Positions 28,339 to 39,700 of a stretch of 64,000 bases of DNA are shown in pieces. Location: positions 8,999,200-9,063,199 of the forward strand of contig CM082593.2 of NCBI GenBank assembly GCA_040954595.2, read 5' to 3'. This DNA is from Balanoglossus misakiensis (lineage: Eukaryota; Animalia; Hemichordata). How positions within the stretch are numbered: the first letter of the stretch is position 1; each line of letters starts with the position of its first letter. The translations under genes were made by a program, and so were the position numbers. Below the pieces are notes generated by a model. It searched no databases and had not been told where the DNA came from. It saw only the letters and a program-made list of their open reading frames with translations.

Positions 28339-29459
28339 TTTTAGGTCCCATTTGGGACCTAATGGAATCAGTTGCGTCTGTATGTATGGATGGATGTATG
28401 TCTGTATATCCATTCACATCAAAAACTTGAAAACCGCTGCGTGTATCACCTTGATATTTGGTGTGTAGATGCATGCTGGGCTGTAAAAGGGAGTTTCTTC
28501 AAATGGAGTTGTCATTGACTTTAAAAAATATGCAAATTAGGTGGAAAAATATGAAATGGGTCAAAACTCAAACTCACCAACTACTAATCAGATTAATTTG
28601 GAAATTGGTATGCAGGTACCTTATGTCTACCTCAAACAGTCCTGTATGTTTAGAGCTAATATTGATTTTCTATTTTTGATGCATTTGTTTATATTAATTT
28701 TTCAACATTATTGGTAAAAAATCTTCATTTCTGAAAGTGATCGGCCTACTTCTTTGAAATTTAGTATGAAGCTTCTTATAGGTTGTCTGAGCAACCATGG
28801 TTTTGTTCAAATTATTGCAAAAAATTACATATTTATAATTTTGATGATAATTTTTTTGTTATTTTTCCCCTCTGAAACCGCTTGTCAGATTGCTTTGATT
28901 GATTCGCTTTTTGGCAGGCATGTTCCTTGTGGTGATTGAAGTTAGGATTTTGAACAATTTTGGTGATATTTGCTTGTATGTGTTTTTGCCACTTTTGAAC
29001 AAATATTTAGCGAGTTTTTTGCAAATTATTGATTTTGGTTAGCAAATCTTCTAAACTCATGTCCAGTTGCATTGAAAGTTACTGTTTACAAGGTATTGGT
29101 ACCCCGAGACTGTTTACACTACATGTTTACATAACTTAATAGGCCAGCTGTTACAGAGACCATTAGCTATTGAATGTCTGTCAGTCTGTCCAAGGGCTGA
29201 CTGTAAGAAGTTGCTTGTCATGTGTGTTTCTACACACAATTTTCGGTCAAACATAAATTTTTCTTGCATCACTTGTAAGACTGCCATGACACATGACAGT
29301 CTATTGGGCATGGTCCTTGTTAATTTTTTTACATTTTCATATTTATATATGGTTAGGTCATATCTGCTTGCCAGTGTCGCATGTGATTTTTATTCTTGTC
29401 TATAACTAATTCCGTGTAATCCTCAAATGGGACCACAGTGTCCTTGACGCTATTTTTTT
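28339..29459 (+). mobile_element. Helentron-associated (HINE/DINE-1-like) non-autonomous element; related partial copies start near 19275, 19801, 25090, 25597 and 30961, with another 3' end at 33895-33925
   Basis: T-run, then AGGTCCCATTTGGGACCT hairpin, GTAT/GGAT microsatellite and degenerate internal repeats; 3' subterminal inverted copy AAATGGGACC (29425), short hairpin AGTGTCCTTGACGCT and a T-run. Confidence 0.65.
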
Positions 29460-32400
29460 CATAGCCATCCCTAAAAGTCTGGTGTTATGTGCCCCCCCCC
29501 AATTTCTCATGTAAAAAAATCGATGGCCCCCTGGAAATCCTACAGCCACCTCAATTCCTGGGGAAGTATATTCTCAACACTCCCTTATATCACATCCCAT
29601 ATATTGCGACCTACAGGTTTATGATTTGTTACTAACTGCTATGCATATTTCATTCACAGATGGAAGCCATGATTGTCGCAATTTCAACTGGTCCAGGGTT
29701 TCTCGTTCTCCTGTGCGCTGAAGCTTGGTTAAGACTACTTTCTGGTAAGCATGAGTTCATCTATATTTGCTTTTTTAGGGCATTATTGATTTCCTGTAAT
29801 GTGATTATGATGAGGTGAATGAACTGGACATAAATTCAGTTTGGACACATTTAGAATTGGCAGAATTACCCATAGCTATAATTGTATATAGGCGCCTTGA
29901 ATTTAATTATTTGTTTGCCGTCCATGGGTGGGTATGTTTTAGGTACAGTGTTATTAAGTCTGTGTGCATGTTTTTGTTGTTTACACATAAATATCATTTG
30001 TCACCTGATTGCCATGTAAGAGTATACCCATATGGAGCTTCTATACTCTGCAGTACTATTACTTAGTCAGATGTAAATGGAGTTTCAAAATTGCTGTTTC
30101 ACAGATTTATCTGCTAAGTATTCTATTGTTATGCGTTGTCACAACACAGCCTTGACCCTACATTATACCATGTTCTGCATATTTTGACTTATTAGTATGA
30201 CATAATGCAAGTTTGTGATTGGTTACTTATAAACATGCACATATATTTGATTCACAGGTGGACTGTCTTAAATGGTCATCATTAGGCTGTGCAGGAGGGG
30301 GAGAAGACCTTGGACCCTATGTTAAAGACCCTTGCGGCCCCGTCAAGTACCTTTTTCTGGTAACCACAACTTGTTGTATACATGCTTCATAGCCAGTTTA
30401 TATGTTACTGTTTTTAATCAAATAGTTAATTCACCCTCTCAATTTTATCGGGGCAGCAATCCACCGTTGGTTTATTATGCACACCTCTAATAATCACTTG
30501 TCGGATGAATATTCTCCACTTGGTAACCTTTATGTAGTGCTATCCTCCACGATCAAGAAGTGGGTTGATTATGACTATTTGAATAGGGTACCTAATTGTA
30601 TTAAGGGTATAGGGGAAGTATTTCACAAATGTTTGTGTACATGGATTTCTCATTTCAACTCATTGGAGATTTTTTTCCTTCATTTTGTGATCTTAGTTAG
30701 TTTGGCGCAAATTGTTGCCAGTTTTGCATATTTGTAATGTTTGGTCAATTTTTGCCATTCCGAGTCGAAAATCGTTTTTCTGAAACTTTTTGTCAGATAG
30801 CTTTGAAATTTGGAAGGCATGTTCCTACTCAGGCGAGGGGTGTAAACCTAAGTAAACTGTTGGTGTGAAATTTGGTGAAACTTTTGGGAAATTTTGCAAC
30901 TTTTCATCAAAAATTGTTTGAAACTACTTGTCAGATTGATTGTAAATTTAGTCAATCTTTGTAGGCCCCATTCAATATATGTGTATACCACTGGGACCTT
31001 ATGCGATTCAGCTGCTTCTGTATCTATGTCCATCCACAACAACAAAAAATAGCCGCAATATTTGGAGTGTAAAGGCTGTTCTGTAGATATAATTTTGTTT
31101 AAGTTGTCATGGCCAAAAATGTGCAAATGAGCTTGAAAAACGTTAAATTGGTCTAAACTCATCAACTACTGGGCAAATTGCTTTATAAATTTGTATGCAT
31201 GACGACTTCAAAGTCCTGCATGTTTTGAGCTCATATCATGAATTTTCTATTTTTTATGCTTGTTTGGACTTTTCCATATTTTTTGTAAATAAACAATTTA
31301 TGGAAGTGATAGCCAATTTCTTTAAAATTTAGCATGAAGCTTCCTATATTTGATCTAAGGTGGCTTTTGTAAATTGCCTATTTGTAAGTTTGGGAGATTT
31401 TTACCAATTTTGCTCAAAAATCATTTTCTCTGAAATCCCTCGTCAGATTGCTTTTAAATTTGGTTGGAACGTTCCTTGAGGTTACCCAAGTAAGATGTTG
31501 TAAAATGTTAGTGAAATTTGTGTTCTTGGGGCACAGAAGGGTTCAAAACGTAATAATCTAATGCTGTAAGTCGCAATCTCGCCTTCCTATCTCCAGTGAA
31601 AAATGATAAGACAACACCAATGGTATGAGTAATGATATAACCCATATTTATTTCAAGTTAACTAAACTGTGATAAAAGCAGTGATAGAACTGGTTTCAAT
31701 TTAGAAGGTATTGCTTGGACCACGAAAAAAGACAATTAATACTGACAGTAATGAAACGCATCCCATCCATGCATTCATCAAAAGTAATTTCTCCATGCTT
31801 TTTGAGCAACTTGGCCCATGTATAGTACCCTATTGTCTCTCAATGCAAGCCACTTGCTTTCACAAAACAATCCCATTTTGCCACTTTGTACTGTTCTTTA
31901 TATTTTGATCTGAATCTAAAAATACCATCGACTCATCCAGTGTGAGTTAGCACTGTAATTAGCCAAAGTTATAAATCCACAGTTACCCAGCAAATTTGAT
32001 TTAATGCTACCCAAAGGTATTGGTTTTGAACTCTCTTCTGAAATAGGTATGAAAATTTTAAAATTTCTACTGTATCAACCCAGACTAGTTTATTTCTGAG
32101 TAAACAGAGAAATGACAACCGATAGATTATTCCTCTGTAATAAAGACATATGCAGACACAAGAAAAAGTCTGAACATAATCAGTACATTACTAAAACAGT
32201 GTAGGTACATTGTACTATAAACTCAGGAAGATAAGTGACTATTGTTTGCCAAAAATGGTCCCAAGTCATTTCTCAAGCAGAGCAGAATAGTAGCTTAGAG
32301 AAGCAAAGTGTGATGATTTAAAATGTGAAAAGGCAACACCAATCTCTAGCTCTGCTCTTAGCACTGCAAATGTTATCAGACAGGTAGATAGATGTTCAGT

Positions 32401-34187
32401 CATCCTATGTCTGTCAACACTTTTTCTTTTCTGAAATCACTGGTGCAAGTGCTTTCAAATTTGGTATGCAGGTTTCTGGGGGTAGCGAAGTAATGCGTGT
32501 TCAAATTGTGTTGAATTCTGCATATTTGTAGTTTGAAACGAGTTTTTGCTGCCTTTGGAAGAAGAAGTAAGCTTGTAGGATTTCTTTGACTATGCAAGTT
32601 TCTAGGGATAACGCAAGTTGTTTCTTCAAAATGTGGTGAATTTTGCATACATTTTTTTTTTGGGGGGGGGGGAATTTTCTCTGAAATTTAGTATGTATCT
32701 CCATGAGGTTTGTGACATAACTTGCAATTTTGTATTTTGGGGGCAGTTGCCTTTTTATTTAGACTTAAAATCATATTAGAATATGCATATCTGATTGTCA
32801 TGTCCACAGGGGTGATATTATTTGTTTACATTATGACCGAATCTGTAAAGTTTTCATAATGATCTTTAAAATTGGTACGTCTAATTGTTTCGATCTTTGT
32901 TGTGAATTGTCCCTGAGTGATCTTAGTCATTTTTTTAAAATTCTGCTGAATATTGCATTATTATTTTATGTCTGAGTCTGAAGAGTAGTCCTCTTCTCTG
33001 AAACCCCTTGCCCTAAAGTCAGGTGTCAAATAGTATAATTTGCATATTTGTTGCATATGGGATATTGTTGCAGTTTTTTGAAGTTCAAGATGGCTGCCAA
33101 TCTTTGTTTTAACTCTTTGGAAAAACATTTATTTAAATACTTTTCTGAAAACAAGGTGGTGAACATCACATGTTTTCAAACAGTAATTGATATAGCTATC
33201 ATTGTTTCTGAAAATCTTAACTTGTAGGATTCTTTTTTAATCTCTAGCATCTGCAAAGACCACTAAAACAGCAACTCTATAAAAAGTCTTATTGCTTAGT
33301 ACTGACACAAGGTGGTAAAAAGATATGCAGCTTTTGACTTCTTACAGGCTTACATTTTGTTAGTGATATCAGTCCCTTTTTGGTATTGTGCTGTTTTTTT
33401 TCAGGAGCTTGGGCCCCATTCCCTGGATTTTTTTTGCACACCTGGCTCTGAAAAGCTGCCACACCTAGGCTTCTCAAATTTGTCACAGCTGTCCTTGCCA
33501 ACGAGTGTGCACCTTGAAATTCAAATCAGTTATTTGACCTGGCAGCCATATTCAGTTAAACTTTTTGAATTAATGCAAATTAGCTGGGACAATTTGAAAT
33601 TGGTCAAAACTCAGAAACTCGACAACCACTGGTCAGATTGATTTGACAATTGGTATGCAAGTACCTTATGTCAACCACATACAGTCCTATATTTTTCTGA
33701 ACAAATAGTTTGAATATTCTATTTTTATGCATTTTTTCATCATTTTTGGCAAAAAGTCTACTTTTCTAGAATTGATGAGTCGACTTCTTTGGGCGACGGC
33801 AAAGGCTAGGGGGGAATTTAAACGGATTTTATTGCCTCTATGTGTGTGTCTGTCTGTCTGTACTCCTGTGTAGACTTCTTTTAGTGTAATCACTAAATGA
33901 GACCACAGTGTCCCTGACGCGATTTTCAGTGACCCCAGGGTAACCTTTGACCAGCTTTCCTATATCTTAGTATTCACAGCAGAATACAGCCTTGGCATAC
34001 TAACCCTGGTAACCATGGGAACTGTTTGGGCCCCACCAATGGTGCTGGCAGCTTTAATTTTTAAATGATTTCTTCTTATCATTGTTTTTTTATTAATGAT
34101 GATGACTTGATCTAATCAGTTTTTTTAAAATAATTTCATTCTTTTTTTACATTAGGTTCATTGGTAACACTGCTGCTAGAGGGAGTG

Positions 34188-34860
34188 TAATACTTGTAAC
34201 GACACCGCCACCTAATACTGTACTGGAGAGATGAACTTAATACTTGTAACGACGCCGCCACCTAATACTGTACTGGAGGGATGAACTTAATACTTGTAAC
34301 GACGCCGCCACCTAATACTGTACTGGAGAGATGAACTTAATACTTGTAACGACGCCGCCACCTAATACTGTACTGGAGGGATGAACTTAATACTTGTAAC
34401 GACGCCGCCACCTAATACTGTACTGGAGAGAGATGAACTTAATACTTGTAACGACGCCGCCACCTAATACTGTACTGGAGAGATGAACTTAATACTTGTA
34501 ACGACGCCGCCACCTAATACTGTACTGGAGGGATGAACTTAATACTTGTAACGACGCCGCCACCTAATACTGTACTGGAGAGATGAACTTAATACTTGTA
34601 ACGACGCCGCCACCTAATACTGTACTGGAGGGATGAACTTAATACTTGTAACGACGCCGCCACCTAATACTGTACTGGAGAGAGATGAACTTAATACTTG
34701 TAACGACGCCGCCACCTAATACTGTACTGGAGAGATGAACTTAATACTTGTAACGACGCCGCCACCTAATACTGTACTGGAGGGATGAACTTAATACTTG
34801 TAACGACGCCGCCACCTAATACTGTACTGGAGGGATGAACTTAAACTTGTAACGACGCCA
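34188..34860. repeat. 50-bp minisatellite, ~13 copies
   Basis: Unit AACTTAATACTTGTAACGACGCCGCCACCTAATACTGTACTGGAGAGATG with GAGAG/GAGGG/GAGAGAG variants. Confidence 0.95.
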
Positions 34861-35042
34861 GATGATGCTTCTGTGACCAGAGGGATGAACAACGCCATGA
34901 TTTGTTGATCTGATCTAATTAATAATATTCATTCTTTTTTTTTCAATAGGTTCATTGGTAATATCATCGCCGGAGGGAGTCTAATCAATATCTACAACAA
35001 CGCTGCACCAGATAACAATATCATAACCAGAGGGATGCTGTC

Positions 35043-35232
35043 AATAGGTTAGGTTAATAAAAATGGTTTAATCTGAGGGAATGGTAAAGGGTTGGTGTAT
35101 GAATATGTTAGGGTAATAAAAAATGGTATAATCTAACGGAATGGTGAAGGGTTGGTGTATGAATAGGTTAGGCTAATAAAAAATGGTATAATGTAATGGA
35201 ATGTAATGGAATGGTGAAGGGTTGGTGTATGA
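35043..35232. repeat. ~60-bp tandem repeat, 3 copies
   Basis: AATAGGTTAGG.TAATAAAAA.TGGT.TAATCT...GGAATGGTGAAGGGTTGGTGTATG repeated three times. Confidence 0.8.
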
Positions 35233-35656
35233 TGACAGTGTGCACAAGGGTACTGTAACAAAACTGTCTGCATGGGTATAATATTATGGTTTCAAGGGTA
35301 TGATAAGTAATTAAAATATTATAAAAACAAGGGTAATGCCACATGGTAAATAAAAACTGTACATGTACAGAGGGTAAATACCGGTATAATATATAAGGGT
35401 GTAAACATCAATGGTGTAATAATAAAAAATGGGTAACACAAGGTTTTGGTGGTATAATAATAATAAAATGGTATTAACTTGATGGTATAAACATTATGGG
35501 ATGTGTATAAATGGTGTTAATATTACAAAGGTATGATGATTAATTGGGGTGTAATAATAAAAAAATTTAAAATCATTGGGTAATTTATTAGTGTCAGGTT
35601 GGGTAAAATAATTTTCGCTATGCATTCGTGTAATTTGTCTGCCGATTTTTTGCAGC

Positions 35657-35840
35657 GTTACCCGCGTTCGCGTTCTTCATTGCAGGTCGCTCGTCGTGTA
35701 ATGGAATTTCGCCGTGTGCCCGTTTGATTCGCCGATGGATTTTTTTACAACGTTACCCGCGTTCGCGTTCTTCATCGCAGTTCGCTCGTCGTGTAATGGA
35801 ATTTCGCCGTGTGCCCGTTTGATTCACCGATGGATTTTTT
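35657..35840. repeat. 94-bp CpG-rich tandem duplication
   Basis: CGTTACCCGCGTTCGCGTTCTTCAT...GCCCGTTTGATTC.CCGATGGATTTTT at 35657 and 35751. Confidence 0.9.
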
Positions 35841-36266
35841 GCTTTCGTCATCGTAATTCCCGCATCAACACGAATCCTCAATCTCACGTAACAACAATAC
35901 ATCAAAATGTACACAGAAAAATAGGAGTCGGCAAGACAATTCTGGTTAGTGTGAGCCCCAACCTTTTAAAATTCACAACGGGGGAGGGGGCAGTTTTTCC
36001 TCATTTTATATTTGGCTCGAGGTTTTTAACTGTCCCCAGGCGCGTAAAGTTAGTTAGTTTATCACACAGAATGTAATTATCTTGCTTGATTTAAAAAAAC
36101 ACTAAAATTGTATGGGGGAGCTTCTTGCGATTTGCACTTAAGAAACTGATGGTTTTTACCCATAGGTAATAATTAGTATTAACACATAATTGCCTAGAAA
36201 TAAAAATTAACTTAAGGGTAGAATGCAACAGTTTATTTTGTGCAATATCAACAGGAGCTATTTTGG

Positions 36267-36372
36267 CACATTATTTCAGTTTGATAAACACTGTTTTTGC
36301 TCATTGTTTCATTTCGACCACATTATTTCAGTTTGATAAAAACTGTTTTTGCTTATTGTTTTATTTCAACCA
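36267..36372 (+). repeat. 52-bp tandem duplication of a U-rich-flanked hairpin
   Basis: CACATTATTTCAGTTTGATAAA.ACTGTTTTTGCT.ATTGTTT at 36267 and 36319. Confidence 0.85.
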
Positions 36373-36543
36373 CTTTTGTCACCTTGTTTTAAATTGAATG
36401 CAAGCATTGTTTCTGTTTGACCACTACTTGGGGTAATTGTTCCAAATTGGTATGCAAGATATTTTACATCAGCAGTTAGCCATCTAGCCACACTTTAACT
36501 GCACAGCATATGAAAAATAATGAAATTCATGCAAAAAGCAAAA

Positions 36544-36600
36544 AAGTATTATGGGTATAATGCCATTGCAGCATTGGCGGTTCGACTCCGTCGATACTTA
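36544..36600 (+). ncRNA. Candidate mascRNA-like tRNA-mimic small RNA (56 nt plus discriminator)
   Basis: Acceptor stem AAGTATT/GATACTT (7 bp); reduced GG-containing D region ATGGGTAT; 5-bp stem AATGC/GCATT with 7-nt loop; no variable loop; T arm GGCGG-TTCGACT-CCGTC; AAAAAGCAAAA immediately upstream (36533-36543). Confidence 0.45.
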
Positions 36601-36784
36601 CTTTGAAGCATAAGTCTTCATTATTTTTCATATGTAATAAATAAAACTATTCCAAATTCATATCTTTGTTTTCAGTTTGTGCTTTTGCTTCAGTTAGGGG
36701 GCCCACACTTACCAAACCTGTCTTGCCATCATTTCACATTTCTTTAAATATGCAGCGCCAGCAGTAGGCAGTATTTGATCAAAT

Positions 36785-39700
36785 TGACCCACAAATCACT
36801 CAAAATTAATAGGCAGGATACTGTCCACTCTGGCCTGGTTACTGTCTGGCCTGGTTAATGTTGACGCAAAGGTTGACCCCACCAAACACTCAAAATTAAT
36901 GGACAGGATACTGTCCACTCTGGCCTGGTTACAGTGTGCTCTGGTTAATGTTGACGCAAAGGTTGTCCACCAAACACTCAAAATTAATGGACAGGATACT
37001 GTCCACTCTGGCCTGGTTACTATCTGGCCTAGTTAATGTTGACGCAAAGGTTGACCCCACCAAACACTCGAAATTAATGGGCAGCATACTGTCCACTCTG
37101 GCCTTGTTACTGTCTGGCCTTGTTAATGTTGACGCAAAGGTTGACCCCACCAAACACTTGAAATTCATGGGCAGAATACTGTCCACTCTGGCCAGGATAA
37201 TGTCTGGCCTGGTTAATGTTGACGCAAAGGTTGACCCCACCAAACACTTGAAATTCATGGGCAGAATACTGTCCACTCTCCGCCTGGTTACTTTCAGGCC
37301 TGGTTAATGTTGACGCAAAGGTTGACCCCACCAGACACTCAAAATTAATGGACAGGATACTGTCGACTCTGGCCTGGTTACTATCTGGCCTGGTTAATGT
37401 TGACGCAAAGGTTGACCCCATCAGACACTCAAAATTAATGGACAGGATACTGTCGACTCTGGCCTGGTTACTATCTGGCCTGGTTAATGTTGACGCAAAG
37501 GTTGACCCCACCAAACACTCGAAATTAATGGGCAGAATACTGTCCACTCTGGCCTGGTTACTGTCTGGCCTGGTTAATGTTGACGCAAAGGTTGAGCCCA
37601 CCAAACACTCGAAATTAATGGGCAGAATACTGTCCACTCTTGCCTGGTTACTGTCTGGTCTGGTTAATGTTGACACAAGGTTGACCCCACCAGACACTCA
37701 AAATTAATGGACAGGATACTGTCCACTCTGGCCAGGATACTGTCTGGCCTGGTTAATGTTGACGCAGAGGTTGACCCCACCAGACACTCAAAATTAATGG
37801 ACAGGATACTGTCCACTCTGGCCAGGATACTGTCTGGCCTGGTTAATGTTGACGCAAAGGTTGACCCCACCAGACACTCAAAATTAATGGGCAGGATACT
37901 ATCCACTCTGGCCTGGTTACTGTCTGGCCTGGTTAATGTTGACGCAAAGGTTGTCCACCAAACACTCGAAATTAATGGGCAGCATACTGTCCACTCTGGC
38001 CTGGTTACTATCTGGCCTGGTTAATGTTGACGCAAAGGTTGACCCCACCAGACACTCAAAATAATGGACAGGATACTGTCCACTCTGGCCTGGTTACTAT
38101 CTGGCCTGGTTAATGTTGACGCAAAGGTTGACCCCACCAGACACTCAAAATAATGGACAGGATACTGTCCACTCTGGCCTGGTTACTGTCTGGCCTGGTT
38201 AATGTTGACGCAAAGGTTGACCCCACCAGACACTCAAAATTAATGGGCAGGATACTGTCCACTCTGGCCAGGATACTGTCTGGTCTGGTTAATGTTTACG
38301 CAAAGGTTGACCCCACCAGACACTCAAAATTAATGGACAGGATACTGTCCACTCTGGCCAGAATACTGTCTGGCCTGGTTAATGTTGACGCAAAGGTTGA
38401 CCCCACCAGACACTCAAAATTAATGGACAGGATACTGTCCACTCTGGCCAGGATACTGTCTGGCCTGGTTAATGTTGACGCAAAGGTTGACCCCACCAGA
38501 CACTCAAAATAAATGGACAGGATACTGTCCACTCTGGCCAGGATACTGTCTGGCCTGGTTAATGTTGACGCAAAGGTTGACCCCACCAGACACTCAAAAT
38601 TAATGGGCAGGATACTATCCACTCTGGCCAGGATACTGTCTGGTCAGGTTAATATTGACGCAAAGGTTGACCCCACCAGACACTCAAAATTAATGGACAG
38701 GATACTGTCCACTCTGGCCAGGATACTGTCTGCTCTGGTTAATGTTGACGCAAAGGTTGTCCACCAAACACTCAAAATTAATGGACAGGATACTGTCCAC
38801 TCTGGCCTGGTTACTGTCTGGCCTGGTTAATGTTGACGCAAAGGTTGTCCACCAAACACTCGAAATTAATGGGCAGCATACTGTCCACTCTGGCCTGGTT
38901 ACTATCTGGCCTGGTTAATGTTGACGCAAAGGTTGACCCCACCAGACACTCAAAATAATGGACAGGATACTGTCCACTCTGGCCTGGTTACTGTCTGGCC
39001 TGGTTAATGTTGACGCAAAGGTTGACCCCACCAGACACTCAAAATTAATGGGCAGGATACTGTCCACTCTGGCCTGGTTACTGTCTGGCCTGGTTAATGT
39101 TGACGCAAAGGTTGACCCCACCAGACACTCAAAATTAATGGGCAGGATACTGTCCACTCTGGCCAGGATACTGTCTGGCCTGGTTAATGTTGACGCAAAG
39201 GTTGTCCACCAAACACTCGAAATTAATGGGCAGCATACTGTCCACTCTGGCCTGGTTACTATCTGGCCTGGTTAATGTTGACGCAAAGGTTGACCCCACC
39301 AGACACTCAAAATTAATGGACAGGATACTGTCCACTCTGGCCAGGATACTGTCTGGCCTGGTTAATGTTGACGCAAAGGTTGACCCCACCAGACACTCAA
39401 AATAAATGGACAGGATACTGTCCACTCTGGCCAGGATACTGTCTGGCCTGGTTAATGTTGACGCAAAGGTTGACCCCACCAGACACTCAAAATTAATGGG
39501 CAGGATACTATCCACTCTGGCCAGGTTACTGTCTGGTCAGGTTAATATTGACGCAAAGGTTGACCCCACCAGACACTCAAAATTAATGGACAGGATACTG
39601 TCCACTCTGGCCAGGATACTGTCTGCTCTGGTTAATGTTGACGCAAAGGTTGTCCACCAAACACTCAAAATTAATGGACAGGATACTGTCCACTCTGGCC

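Larger units (their letters stand above)
14568..30560 (+). repeat. Tandem segmental duplication/triplication (copy A ~14568-21200, copy B from ~21210, diverged copy C from ~29600)
   Basis: 14568-16630 aligns with 21210-24990 and 19173-21200 aligns with 24990-26875 at high identity; 29625-30550 is a more diverged copy of the exon-bearing part. Confidence 0.85.
13687..35050 (+). ncRNA. Putative spliced lncRNA or degenerate micro-exon gene: exons 13687-13749, 14616-14690, 15257-15329, 21259-21333, 23873-23945, 29660-29744, 30258-30359, plus acceptors at 34156 and 34950
   Basis: Exons 2-7 each follow TTTGATTCACAG or a close variant and end in G|GTAAGC (G|GTAACC for exon 7); exon 1 shares the donor. 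TACTAAC branch points at 14586, 21229 and 29630. No continuous long ORF across the exons. Confidence 0.5.

Noticed and set aside
34188-34860. CRISPR-like periodic array
   Set aside because: Units are contiguous and near-identical with no unique spacers; eukaryotic context and no cas genes.
36544-36600. Canonical tRNA-Gln(TTG) gene
   Set aside because: No proper D arm, no variable loop, A instead of U at position 33, and only 56 nt; kept only as a tRNA-like candidate.
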